Source: an uncultured Gammaproteobacteria bacterium (GTDB lineage: Bacteria > Patescibacteriota > Microgenomatia > UBA10105 > UBA927). From it: a DNA stretch of 64,000 nt. The notes below the pieces were generated by a model, which had not been told where the DNA came from, made no database searches, and saw only the letters and a program-made list of their open reading frames with translations. Below, piece after piece: positions 8,530 to 17,803 of this stretch (the stretch's first letter is position 1; each line of letters begins with the position of its first letter). Location: positions 52,833-116,832 of the forward strand of contig CAYUZE010000002.1 in NCBI GenBank assembly GCA_964449585.1. The letters run 5' to 3'. A program made the translations under genes and the position numbers.

Positions 8530-9714
8530 ATGCTACGAACCCTCAAGGGGCTCTACCATCTCGCGGTGGCTATTGTGGCCAATATCTGGTTTCGGTTTCC
8601 GAGCCGGTCACTCACGGTTATCGGTATCACGGGTACGGACGGGAAAACCACCACGACCACGATGGTGTATGAAATTTTGAAAAAAGCCAAGGTAAAAGCC
8701 TCCATGATTACCTCGGTGCACGCGGTGATTGCGGGGCGTTCCTATGACACGGGATTCCATGTCACCACCCCCACCGCCTGGTGGGTACAGCGGTATCTGC
8801 GGGAGGCGGTGGATCACGGCGACACCCACATGGTACTTGAAGTTACGTCCCACGCCCTAAGTCAGTACCGGGTGTTCGGCGTTCGATTTGCCGTGGGAGC
8901 GATCACCAATATCACGCACGAACATCTTGATTGGCACGGTACGTTTGAAAACTATCGGAAAACCAAACTTACCCTGCTTTCGCAGGCAAAAGTTGCCGTC
9001 ATAAACCGCGATGAAGCAAACGTTTATATGGCGGGCATGCCGTATCTTACCAAGAAACGCTACATCACTTACGGCATACGCCGCGACAGTATGGTGAATC
9101 CCAAAACTCATCCCGTGCGCCTCAAGATCCCCGGTATGTTCAACCGATATAACGCGCTTGCCGCGCTTGCCGTAGCGGATGCTTTGGGTATTTCCCGTTC
9201 CGTTTCGCTTTCTGCCCTCAAGCATTTTTCGGGGGTGGTGGGGAGGATGCAGGTCATCGCGGAAAAACCGTTCAAGGTTATTGTTGATTTTGCCCACACT
9301 CCCAACGCATTGGAAAAAGCGCTTTCAACGGTGCGAAAGATGACGCGAAAACGCCTGATTCACGTGTTCGGAAGCGCGGGACTTCGGGATCAGTCAAAAC
9401 GGCCGTTGATGGGAGCCGCATCGGCAAAGTACGCCAACTGTATCGTATTAACCGAGGAGGATTTCCGCACCGAAAACGTCGAGGATATCATGGATGCCAT
9501 CGCAAAAGGCATTCCCGAGGGCAAAGAAGTTCATCGGTACCCCAATCGCAAAGACGCGGTCGTATTTGCGTTTTCGCAGGCCAAACCGGGGGATATCGTC
9601 ATATTGACCGGAAAAGGTCACGAACAAAGTTTGTGTCGCGGGACAAAGGAATATCCCTGGAGTGATGCGTCTGCGGCAAAAAAGCTTTTGGCAAAGCGGA
9701 AGAAATCACGATGA
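8530..9714 (+). CDS. murE: Mur ligase MurE (UDP-MurNAc-L-Ala-D-Glu:amino acid ligase) lacking the N-terminal domain
   Basis: P-loop 'GITGTDGKTTTT' (MurE-type GKTT), 'LEVTSHALSQYRV', 'ITNITHEHLDWHG', 'VDFAHTPNALEKAL', 'VFGSAGLRDQSKRPLMG' and a C-terminal 'ILTGKGHEQS' all align with MurE. Only about 35 residues precede the P-loop. The DNPR motif is replaced by 'EDFR'. An alternative TTG start at 8494 exists. Confidence 0.8.
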   Translation: MLRTLKGLYHLAVAIVANIWFRFPSRSLTVIGITGTDGKTTTTTMVYEILKKAKVKASMITSVHAVIAGRSYDTGFHVTTPTAWWVQRYLREAVDHGDTHMVLEVTSHALSQYRVFGVRFAVGAITNITHEHLDWHGTFENYRKTKLTLLSQAKVAVINRDEANVYMAGMPYLTKKRYITYGIRRDSMVNPKTHPVRLKIPGMFNRYNALAALAVADALGISRSVSLSALKHFSGVVGRMQVIAEKPFKVIVDFAHTPNALEKALSTVRKMTRKRLIHVFGSAGLRDQSKRPLMGAASAKYANCIVLTEEDFRTENVEDIMDAIAKGIPEGKEVHRYPNRKDAVVFAFSQAKPGDIVILTGKGHEQSLCRGTKEYPWSDASAAKKLLAKRKKSR

Positions 9715-10430
9715 TTTATACAAACGGCAGAGGGCAATCGACACTTCTTTCGGGACTTCCCGGCATTACGCACGGCTATTCGGATCGCACATTGGGAGAC
9801 GGACGAATTGCATCCAATACCGATGCGTTTATCAAAACGGTTATCGGCACCACCCGTCCCGTCATTCGGGGGCAACAGGTGCACGCTTCGGACGTTGCGG
9901 TCGTCGATGCGACGTTTCCCCGGACGGTTTCGGGAGTCGACGGAGTGGTAACGGCGGATCCATCCGTCATGCTGGAAGTGCATGTGGCGGACTGTGTGCC
10001 GGTGCTTCTTGCGGATCCGGTGGCAAAAGTTGTCGCCGCAGTGCATGCGGGCTGGAAGGGAACGCTTGCCGGTATCGTGCAAAATGCGGTGACCCGTATG
10101 AAACAACAGGGAGCCACGCCAGCTACTATCTATGCATCGATCGGTCCGCATATCGGCAGATGCTGTTATGCTATAGGGAGTGATCGGGCTGAGTTGTTTG
10201 CCAAAAAGTTCGGCAACGATCCTATGATTATCTCAAACAGCGGTGATACCTGGTACGCTGATATAGGCTATGCGAACAGACAACTGCTTCTTACCGCAGG
10301 CGTTACCCAGGTACACATTGATGCGCCGGTTACCTGCACGTCGTGTCAGAATGACCGTTTTTTTTCGTTTCGCAAAGATACCAAAGAAACATTCGGGGAA
10401 ATTATAGGGGTGATCGGCATTACCGGATAA
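9711..10430 (+). CDS. pgeF: peptidoglycan editing factor PgeF / YfiH (Cu-oxidase_4, DUF152) family
   Basis: 239 aa containing 'HAGWKGTLAGIV' and 'CTSCQNDRFFSFR', typical of the YfiH/PgeF family. Its start overlaps the murE stop (ATGA). Confidence 0.8.
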   Translation: MIYTNGRGQSTLLSGLPGITHGYSDRTLGDGRIASNTDAFIKTVIGTTRPVIRGQQVHASDVAVVDATFPRTVSGVDGVVTADPSVMLEVHVADCVPVLLADPVAKVVAAVHAGWKGTLAGIVQNAVTRMKQQGATPATIYASIGPHIGRCCYAIGSDRAELFAKKFGNDPMIISNSGDTWYADIGYANRQLLLTAGVTQVHIDAPVTCTSCQNDRFFSFRKDTKETFGEIIGVIGITG

Positions 10431-10436
10431 TTCATT

Positions 10437-11849
10437 ATGAAACACACAAACTTTCCGTATAAGCATGCCCATCTTGTGGGGATCAAGGGCGTTGCCATGT
10501 CTGCGCTTGCCGTTTATCTCAACGATTGCGGAGTGAAGGTGACGGGAAGCGATATTGCGGATGATTTTCCCACAAAGGAAGAACTTGATCGGGCACGGAT
10601 TCCCGTCTCGGTCGGCTTTGACGCATCAAGGATGACGGGGAAGCAGGCACCTGACGTCGTGTATTATACCGGAGCGCATAACGGACGGGATAATGTAGAA
10701 GTTGTTGCCGCTCGGGAGGCAGGCATCCCCGTATTTCCGCACGGGCAGGCACTCGGGATGATCATGCAGGGAACGCGTCAGATCGTCGTTTCGGGGAGCC
10801 ACGGCAAAACGACGACGAGTGCCATGGTTGCGGTGCTCCTTTCCCGCGCCGGAAGTGAACCGAGCTGGGCAATCGGGTGCGGATCGATTAACGGTTTGGG
10901 AGCCGCGGGCAGAAAAGGAAAAGGCAGTTTTTTCATCGCCGAGGGCGATGAATATGTTACGGATCCCGGTCATGATCAGACGCCGCGGTTTCTGTGGCTT
11001 GTTCCCGAGATACTCATTGTTACCAACATTGATTTTGATCACCCCGATGCGTACACCGATCTTGCCCAGGTCCAGGCGGCATTTACCAAACTGCAGGAAA
11101 AAAGTACCACCGTCGTATGTAATGCCGACGATGCCAACAGCAGAGTGCTTCTCGGCAAACAAAACGTCGTGACGTTCGGGTTCTCCCCGAATGCGGAATA
11201 TCAGATTACGCATGTGGGGGTAGGGAACGGCAGAATGTTTTTTACGTTGCACGAACGCGGAGTTTCGCTGGGTGAATTTTCGCTGAAGGTTCCCGGCAGG
11301 CATAACGTGCTAAATGCCGTGGCGGCAATGGTTTCTGCGCATATTGCGGGCGTCGGTTGGGACGTACTCAAGGGAGGCATCACCGGATTTACGGGCACAA
11401 AACGACGGTTTGAGGCGTTACCCGGAAGTACCGACGCGCTTCGTTTCTACGATGATTATGCCCATCACCCCACCGAGATAGCGGCAACACTCAAGGCCGC
11501 GAGATCATGGTATCCGTCATCCCGGATTATTGCCGTATTTCAGCCGCATACGTACTCCCGAACCAAAACGCTGTTAAAAGAATTCGGCGCGTGTTTCTCC
11601 GATGCGGACACCGTCATTCTTACCGACATTTACGCGTCTGCCCGGGAACACGATACGCTGGGTATCACGGGAATGACGCTTGTTAATGAGCTTTCTCCCC
11701 ATCACAAAGAGGTGCATTTTGCCAAAGACCAAAACGCGGTGGCAACCCTTCTTCACACCCTGTCGGATCATGACACCGTCGTTATGTTTATGGGCGCGGG
11801 AGACATATATAATTGGGAACACGATGTCATACGGGAGGTAACATTATGA
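10437..11849 (+). CDS. murC: UDP-N-acetylmuramate--L-alanine ligase
   Basis: 470 aa. The N-terminus 'HLVGIKGVAMSALAVYLNDCGVKVTGSD' matches the MurC Rossmann N-domain. P-loop 'SGSHGKTTT'. 'DYAHHPTE' near the C-terminus. Confidence 0.85.
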   Translation: MKHTNFPYKHAHLVGIKGVAMSALAVYLNDCGVKVTGSDIADDFPTKEELDRARIPVSVGFDASRMTGKQAPDVVYYTGAHNGRDNVEVVAAREAGIPVFPHGQALGMIMQGTRQIVVSGSHGKTTTSAMVAVLLSRAGSEPSWAIGCGSINGLGAAGRKGKGSFFIAEGDEYVTDPGHDQTPRFLWLVPEILIVTNIDFDHPDAYTDLAQVQAAFTKLQEKSTTVVCNADDANSRVLLGKQNVVTFGFSPNAEYQITHVGVGNGRMFFTLHERGVSLGEFSLKVPGRHNVLNAVAAMVSAHIAGVGWDVLKGGITGFTGTKRRFEALPGSTDALRFYDDYAHHPTEIAATLKAARSWYPSSRIIAVFQPHTYSRTKTLLKEFGACFSDADTVILTDIYASAREHDTLGITGMTLVNELSPHHKEVHFAKDQNAVATLLHTLSDHDTVVMFMGAGDIYNWEHDVIREVTL

Positions 11850-12826
11850 CGGACAGACTGTATGAGTTTTTAAGCCGACTCGCTCCGAAAGTGAAAGAAC
11901 AGGAGCCGCTTGCCCGCTACACCACCTTCAAAATCGGCGGGCCGGCCGATTACTTTTATGAGGCAAAAACCAAAGAAGAATTTATTACGGCAGTATCCCT
12001 CGCCAGGGCAACGGGGTTGCCGCTTTTTGTCATGGGCGGCGGAACAAACATTCTCATCGGAGATCGCGGGATACGGGGGATTGTCATAAAAAATTCATCA
12101 CAGGCAATTACGATCAGGGGGATCCGCGGGTCAGTGGAACAGGGAGCAAAGAAAAAAACGGTCTTTGTCGAGGCGGATGCGGGAGTTTCGATGAACAAGC
12201 TGGTGCGATTTACGATAGAAGAAGGATTATCGGGGCTTGAGATGCAACTGGGTCTTCCCGGGAGCGTGGGAGGGGCGACGTTTATGAATTCCAAATGGAC
12301 GAAACCGGTAGGCTACGTGGGAGACGTGGTATATCAGGCGGAACTCCTCACTCCGGAAGGGGAACGCAAGATCGTATCGCGGGATTACTTCGACTTTGCA
12401 TACGACTATAGCGCCCTGCAAAAAACGGGTGATATCGTCGTTTCGGTCACCTTTGCCCTTGTCCAGGATGAAAAAGACCGACTGTGGCAGGTAGCAAACG
12501 AAAGCATCGGGTATCGCAGGGAAACACAGCCCCAGGGGGTATTTTCCGCGGGATGTACGTTCAAAAACATTTCCAAAGCATCGGCGCTTACCGCCGCAAC
12601 CCCCAACTACACGACATCGGCGGGCTTTTTGGTCGATCACGCGGGGATGAAAGGAAAGGTAATCGGAGACGCGGAAATTTCGCCGGTGCATGCAAACTTT
12701 ATCATCAACAGAAAAAATGCAACGGCAGTCGACGTGGTAGAATTAATCGAGGCGGCAAGAACAGCCGTGAAGGAAAAATTCGGCGTGAGTCTCGAAGAAG
12801 AGATTATACGGGTGGGAGAATTCTGA
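11846..12826 (+). CDS. murB: UDP-N-acetylenolpyruvoylglucosamine reductase
   Basis: Starts at the ATG overlapping the murC stop. 'LARYTTFKIGGPADYFYE' is the MurB FAD-binding N-terminus. The 11813 start in the ORF track lies inside murC. Confidence 0.9.
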   Translation: MTDRLYEFLSRLAPKVKEQEPLARYTTFKIGGPADYFYEAKTKEEFITAVSLARATGLPLFVMGGGTNILIGDRGIRGIVIKNSSQAITIRGIRGSVEQGAKKKTVFVEADAGVSMNKLVRFTIEEGLSGLEMQLGLPGSVGGATFMNSKWTKPVGYVGDVVYQAELLTPEGERKIVSRDYFDFAYDYSALQKTGDIVVSVTFALVQDEKDRLWQVANESIGYRRETQPQGVFSAGCTFKNISKASALTAATPNYTTSAGFLVDHAGMKGKVIGDAEISPVHANFIINRKNATAVDVVELIEAARTAVKEKFGVSLEEEIIRVGEF

Positions 12827-12827
12827 T

Positions 12828-14168
12828 ATGGATACGTTTATCATCAAAGGCGGCAATCCGCTAACCGGTACGATTCATGTTGAGGGCGCAAAAAATGTCG
12901 CCTTGAAAATCCTCATCGCATCCCTCCTCACCGACGAGGAAATCATTATTCACAACGTCCCGCATCTTAAGGACGTATTTTCCCTTATCGAAGTCCTGAA
13001 GAGTCTGGGGGTTTCCGCCGTATTTACCCGGCATGATTTGGTCATAAAAAACGGTACAATGGCGAGTGAACCGCTTGTTCCTCTTGATATCGGCGCACGG
13101 CTTCGGACCTCTTCGATGGTATTGGGTCCGCTTCTTGCACGATACGGCAAAGCACATGTTCCCAATCCCGGCGGATGCAGATTGGGCGCGCGTCCGATTG
13201 ACCGCCATATAGTGGGACTTCGGGATATGGGAGCCGTCATTGACTACAATTCGGAAGACGGATTTTTTCATGCAACGGCTATAGGGCTTCACGGTGCTAC
13301 CGTGACATTCCCGAAAAATACGCACACCGGCACCGAAACCATCATATTGGCCGCGGTGCTTGCAAAAGGACAAACCGTCATAGAAAATGCCGCGGAAGAA
13401 GTGGAAGTCGATGATCTCATTGCCTGTCTTAACCTTATGGGTGCAAACATTCGGCGCACGACTCCCCGAACCATTGTCATCGAGGGAGTGGATAAACTGC
13501 ACGGCGTCGAGTACACCATCATGCCTGACCGAAATGAAGAGGTAACGTTTGCCATCGCGGCGGCTATTACGGGAGGAGATCTTATCGTCACCGGCTCCCA
13601 ACGAAAACACCTTTCCTCATTTTTGTCCGTATTTGCACAGGCGGGCGGGGTGTATGAGCCGATAGATGAAACGAGCACCCGGTACAGAAGCGGCGGCCGC
13701 CTTACGGGGACGGACATCGTTACGCTCCCGCATCCGGGATTTATGACCGACTGGCAGGCGCCGTGGGCGGTGTTTATGACGCAGGCTGAAGGTACCTCGA
13801 CGATTCACGAAACGGTGTTTGAAAGCAGATTTTCATATGTGGGAGAGCTTATGAAAATGGGTGCCGATATAACTTTTTACGACCCCGAGGTGAAAAATCC
13901 TCCCGATTTTTATAACTTCAATTGGGAAGACCGGAAAGAAGGGTATCATCAGGGCATACGAATTCACGGAAAGTCGACGCTTCATAACGCCGTGCTTTCA
14001 GCCGATGATATCCGGGCGGGGGCGTCGCTTGTTCTTGCGGCGCTTGTCGCTTCGGGCGAAAGCTATATCCACAACGTTGATCTTATCGATCGCGGTTATG
14101 AAGACCTTGAAGGCAGGTTGAGTTCCGTAGGCGCGACCATCAGCCGGAAAAAGGAGCAGTTGCCATGA
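12828..14168 (+). CDS. murA: UDP-N-acetylglucosamine 1-carboxyvinyltransferase
   Basis: 446 aa, 'MDTFIIKGGNPLTGTIHVEGAKNVALKIL', the EPT-family MurA N-terminus. Confidence 0.9.
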   Translation: MDTFIIKGGNPLTGTIHVEGAKNVALKILIASLLTDEEIIIHNVPHLKDVFSLIEVLKSLGVSAVFTRHDLVIKNGTMASEPLVPLDIGARLRTSSMVLGPLLARYGKAHVPNPGGCRLGARPIDRHIVGLRDMGAVIDYNSEDGFFHATAIGLHGATVTFPKNTHTGTETIILAAVLAKGQTVIENAAEEVEVDDLIACLNLMGANIRRTTPRTIVIEGVDKLHGVEYTIMPDRNEEVTFAIAAAITGGDLIVTGSQRKHLSSFLSVFAQAGGVYEPIDETSTRYRSGGRLTGTDIVTLPHPGFMTDWQAPWAVFMTQAEGTSTIHETVFESRFSYVGELMKMGADITFYDPEVKNPPDFYNFNWEDRKEGYHQGIRIHGKSTLHNAVLSADDIRAGASLVLAALVASGESYIHNVDLIDRGYEDLEGRLSSVGATISRKKEQLP

Positions 14169-15475
14169 AACGCGATGTTACGATGGTGGTACTCACAGCG
14201 GGTATCGGCAAGCGGTTTGCGCCGTTTCGTACCGACAAAACCCTCTTCCCGTTTCTCGGAAAAAAAGTCATCGATTATGCCCTGCCGAACAAATTACCGC
14301 CTGAAGTGGTTCGTCTCGTACTTGTGGTAAGCGAGCGTAACCTTGAAACGTTTGAAGCAATGCATTTCCCCGTGCCGCACACCGTGGTTGTGCAAAAAGA
14401 AGCAACCGGTATGGCGGGAGCGCTTCTTGCCGCAAAAAACGAACTTCGGAAGAAAGCGATCCTCGTCGTCATCGGAGACGATGTGGCGGATGATTGCCTC
14501 ATTGATACGGTGTTACAAAGTGTCAGACCGGACGTATCCGGCGTTATCGTAGGTTGGAAACCGAAGCAGTATTTCCCCGGGGGATATCTGGTGTTTCGTG
14601 AGGGGAGACCTGTGGGTATCAAAGAAAAACCCGGTGAGGGTAAGACGCCGAGCGAGTACGTGTACTTCGGCGGACAATATATCGCCGACGCCGACAGTCT
14701 GATTGCCGCCATCGAATCTGCTCCGGAGCAAACCGACGATAGGTACGAACATGCCCTCACCGCGCTTATGGCAAAGGATCGATTCGTGATGGTGCCCTAT
14801 GAGCGTGAATTTGTTTCGCTAAAATATCCCTGGCATGTACTGGATATGACCGAGTATTTACTCACCCACCGATTGGTTGCCGGCCGGGGAAAGCGAGTGG
14901 AAATACGAAACAACGTAAGTATTGAAGGCCCCGTATATTTGGGGAATAACGTGAAGATTTTTGAAAACACGAAGATAGTGGGGCCGGTGTATATCGGTGA
15001 CAACACGATCGTGGGCAACAATAATATCATTCGAGACAGCATTATCGGTGAAAATTGCGTTACCGGGTTTAACACCGATATCACGAGGAGCTATATCGGC
15101 GACAACTGCTGGTTCCACAGTAACTATGTCGGCGACAGTGTTCTTGAAGGCGATGTCAGTATGGGTTCGGGATCGGTGCTTGCCAACCTGCGGCTGGATG
15201 AAGGGGAAATACACTCCGTTGTCGGAGAACAAAAAATAAATACCAAAAAAACAAAATTGGGTGCCATGATAGGCAGAGGGGTACGCATAGGGGTAAATAC
15301 GAGTGTTATGCCCGGTGTCAAAATAGGTGCAAATTCCCTGATAGGAGCGGGCATTTTGCTTGATGCCGATATTCCCGCCGATTCGTTTTGTACCGGAAAA
15401 AGCACCCTTGTCGTCAAAAAAAATACCCGTGCAGTGGGTACAAATAATCGGGATAAATATAAAGCAAAAATCTGA
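14165..15475 (+). CDS. GlmU-like sugar-1-phosphate nucleotidyltransferase with C-terminal left-handed beta-helix (hexapeptide) domain
   Basis: N-terminal 'VVLTAGIGKRFAPF' nucleotidyltransferase glycine-rich loop. C-terminal hexapeptide repeats (IGDNTIVGNNNIIRDSIIGENCVTG...). Its position next to murA fits UDP-GlcNAc supply. The exact substrate is not determinable by eye. Confidence 0.6.
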   Translation: MKRDVTMVVLTAGIGKRFAPFRTDKTLFPFLGKKVIDYALPNKLPPEVVRLVLVVSERNLETFEAMHFPVPHTVVVQKEATGMAGALLAAKNELRKKAILVVIGDDVADDCLIDTVLQSVRPDVSGVIVGWKPKQYFPGGYLVFREGRPVGIKEKPGEGKTPSEYVYFGGQYIADADSLIAAIESAPEQTDDRYEHALTALMAKDRFVMVPYEREFVSLKYPWHVLDMTEYLLTHRLVAGRGKRVEIRNNVSIEGPVYLGNNVKIFENTKIVGPVYIGDNTIVGNNNIIRDSIIGENCVTGFNTDITRSYIGDNCWFHSNYVGDSVLEGDVSMGSGSVLANLRLDEGEIHSVVGEQKINTKKTKLGAMIGRGVRIGVNTSVMPGVKIGANSLIGAGILLDADIPADSFCTGKSTLVVKKNTRAVGTNNRDKYKAKI

Positions 15476-15481
15476 TGCCCT

Positions 15482-16198
15482 ATGAAACAGGATCTTATTA
15501 TTCTTCACGGCTGGAACCTTTCGGGGAAGCGATTTCATGCTCTTGCCGACAGATTTCGTAAGGCGGGATTCCGCGTCTTTGCCCCGGATATGCCGGGATT
15601 CGGAGATGAAAAAGCCCCTGATGTCGCCTGGCATGTTTCGGATTATGCGGAATTTCTTCATCGGTATATTACAAAACATACGATAAAAAATCCCATTCTC
15701 GTCGGTCATTCATTCGGCGGGAGGGTTTCGTTGAAATACACCGAGCTGTATCCTTCACGAGTCAAAAAAATCGTCTTGACGGGTACGCCGGGTTACAGTC
15801 CTATCCCTTCTAAGAAACTGCGCTTTTTCCTGATTATTTCGAAAATCGGGGGAATTATTTTTCAGCTCCCGGGGTTACGGCATATCGCGGACACTGCGCG
15901 TAAATGGTTGTACTACATTGCCGGTGCCAGGGAATTTTTACGTGCCGAAGGCGCGATGCGACAAACGTTTAAATATATTGTGGCGGATGACTTATCGATT
16001 GCCATGCGATCGGTTGCCGTACCCTGCCTCCTGGTGTGGGGACAAAACGACACGATAGTCCCCGTTTCGGTCGCGGAGCGAATGCGCGATACCATCCGAG
16101 GCTCCCGTCTCATCGTCATGCCGGAAATGACCCACGCCGTTCCGTTTAAAAACCCCGCGGAATTTGCCGCTCGCGTCATGGAATTTTTGCAAACGTGA
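15482..16198 (+). CDS. alpha/beta-fold hydrolase
   Basis: 238 aa with nucleophile-elbow 'VGHSFGG', a 'LVWGQNDTIV' region and a C-terminal His; typical of the fold. Confidence 0.7.
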   Translation: MKQDLIILHGWNLSGKRFHALADRFRKAGFRVFAPDMPGFGDEKAPDVAWHVSDYAEFLHRYITKHTIKNPILVGHSFGGRVSLKYTELYPSRVKKIVLTGTPGYSPIPSKKLRFFLIISKIGGIIFQLPGLRHIADTARKWLYYIAGAREFLRAEGAMRQTFKYIVADDLSIAMRSVAVPCLLVWGQNDTIVPVSVAERMRDTIRGSRLIVMPEMTHAVPFKNPAEFAARVMEFLQT

Positions 16199-16199
16199 T

Positions 16200-17798
16200 A
16201 TGGAACTACTTGTAACCTTAGGAGGTATAGGTTTCGCCGCCCGAGCAGGTCACAAGATTGCCGGCTTGCTCTTTTTATGGTGGCGCAAAGAATACCGTAT
16301 CGATAGGATGCGCATCCACATGGGGACCGCACAGGGCAAGACTTTGCTTTTTGCCAAAACGCACCTTCTTGCGATATTCCTCCTTATGCTCGCATCGGTT
16401 CCGGGTCTGCGGGACATTTCGATAGCGTTGTTGGCGATTTTTTATGCGGTCGTGGGAGGTATGTACGCACGAAGTATAAGGAATTGGCACCTGCCGCCGG
16501 TTTCCCCGAAAGTTATCCTGTTGGGTACTTTTCTCGTCGGAACGCTCATTTTCGCCCCGTTTGTTATGCCGTTTCCGTGGATCGTGTCTCTTGCAATCAC
16601 CGATCTTTTGCTGTTTCCCGTGAGTACGATTATCGTCGTGCTTTTGACGATACCGACGCGGCTATACCACCGAATAAAAATTCGCCAGGCCATAGGGATA
16701 CTTTCCAGACACAAAAAAATGGCGGTCATAGGCATCACGGGCAGTTACGGAAAGACCTCCGTCAAAGAATATGTCTCGGCAATTCTTGCCACGGGGCATA
16801 AGACGATAAAAACCGAAGCAAGCAAAAATTCGCCGATAGGGATTGCTGAATTGCTCCTGCGGAAACTTTCAGCCGATGATGAGGTATTTGTGGTGGAAAT
16901 GGGGGCATACCGGCCGGGAGAAATAGGGGAAATGGCCGCCATGGTTCATCCGGAAGTCGGCATACTCACGGCTATCAATCCCCAACACCAGGATTTGTTC
17001 GGTTCCATCGAAACAACGATGCAGGCCAAATATGAGCTGGTACAAGGGTTGGTCGGAAAACGCATCGTGATAGTTAACCTGGATGACCATAGGGTATGTA
17101 CCATGGCACAGTGGGCACGACGGGACGGATGTATCATCTGGGGATGGACGGTACGGGAGCCTCACAAAAATCACGCCGCTCTCGCCGACGAAATATTTTA
17201 CGGCGACAATATCCGTTCGGATATCACCGGCGTTCGCTTTGAATGCAGGTACAAGTCACAAAAAATATCCGTCCACGCACCCGTCGTAGGAGTACACCAA
17301 GCGGGCAACATTCTGGCGGCGATTGCGGGAGCGGTGGCAGTCGGGATGGATTTTCGGTCTGCGGCAAAAGCGGCAAGTACGGTCAGTCCCGCCGAAAAAG
17401 TCATGCGGGTTCGACCCGGAGTGAACGGAAGCATTTTTATCGATGATACATTCAATAACAATCCCGATGCGGCCATGGCGGCGATTCGTTTTCTGGGCGA
17501 TCAGAAAGGAAAACGCATTATGGTGTTTCAACCAATGGTAGAGTTGGGCGCATATGCACAGAGTTCACATGAGGCGGTGGGAGAGGTTGCCGCAAAGCAT
17601 TGCGATGTCATCTTCCTGACAAACGGTAATTTTTCCGAATCGTTTATCAAAGGCGTCAAAAAAGTTTCTCCGAAATGTCCCGTATATATCCGTCCTCCGT
17701 CACCGATTGCCACGTATATCCGTGATAAGGTGCAGAAAGGCGATGTCGTGCTTTTTAAGGGAAAAGATGCCGAACACGCATTGCATCTGCTTGTATAA
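16200..17798 (+). CDS. murF: MurF-type Mur ligase (UDP-MurNAc-tripeptide:D-Ala-D-Ala ligase) fused to an N-terminal polytopic membrane domain
   Basis: The P-loop 'GITGSYGKTSVKEY' and C-terminal 'DDTFNNNP' (matching DDSYNANP) are MurF-diagnostic. The first ~175 residues are 4-5 hydrophobic helices in place of the usual soluble N-domain. Start taken at ATG 16200, just after the upstream stop. Confidence 0.75.
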   Translation: MELLVTLGGIGFAARAGHKIAGLLFLWWRKEYRIDRMRIHMGTAQGKTLLFAKTHLLAIFLLMLASVPGLRDISIALLAIFYAVVGGMYARSIRNWHLPPVSPKVILLGTFLVGTLIFAPFVMPFPWIVSLAITDLLLFPVSTIIVVLLTIPTRLYHRIKIRQAIGILSRHKKMAVIGITGSYGKTSVKEYVSAILATGHKTIKTEASKNSPIGIAELLLRKLSADDEVFVVEMGAYRPGEIGEMAAMVHPEVGILTAINPQHQDLFGSIETTMQAKYELVQGLVGKRIVIVNLDDHRVCTMAQWARRDGCIIWGWTVREPHKNHAALADEIFYGDNIRSDITGVRFECRYKSQKISVHAPVVGVHQAGNILAAIAGAVAVGMDFRSAAKAASTVSPAEKVMRVRPGVNGSIFIDDTFNNNPDAAMAAIRFLGDQKGKRIMVFQPMVELGAYAQSSHEAVGEVAAKHCDVIFLTNGNFSESFIKGVKKVSPKCPVYIRPPSPIATYIRDKVQKGDVVLFKGKDAEHALHLLV

Positions 17799-17803
17799 CC
17801 GCT

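Noticed and set aside
8381-8680. 99-aa ORF running through the last repeat unit into the murE start
   Set aside because: Its translation is low-complexity and generated by the repeat. It overlaps the well-supported murE frame and promoter.
9618-10183. Overlapping 177-aa (-) and 173-aa (+) ORFs across pgeF
   Set aside because: Alternative frames of pgeF with Arg/Cys/Gly-rich nonsense translations. The pgeF frame carries the family motifs.
12861-13610. 249-aa minus-strand ORF, plus other long antisense ORFs (14858-15709, 43492-44601, 45938-46675, 10626-11303, 26567-27283, 38384-38869)
   Set aside because: All lie wholly inside strongly supported conserved genes (murA, glmU-like, rodA/rplU, parB, murC, ftsA, permease) on the opposite strand. 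Their translations are Arg/Ser/Pro-rich, as expected for shadow ORFs in GC-balanced DNA.
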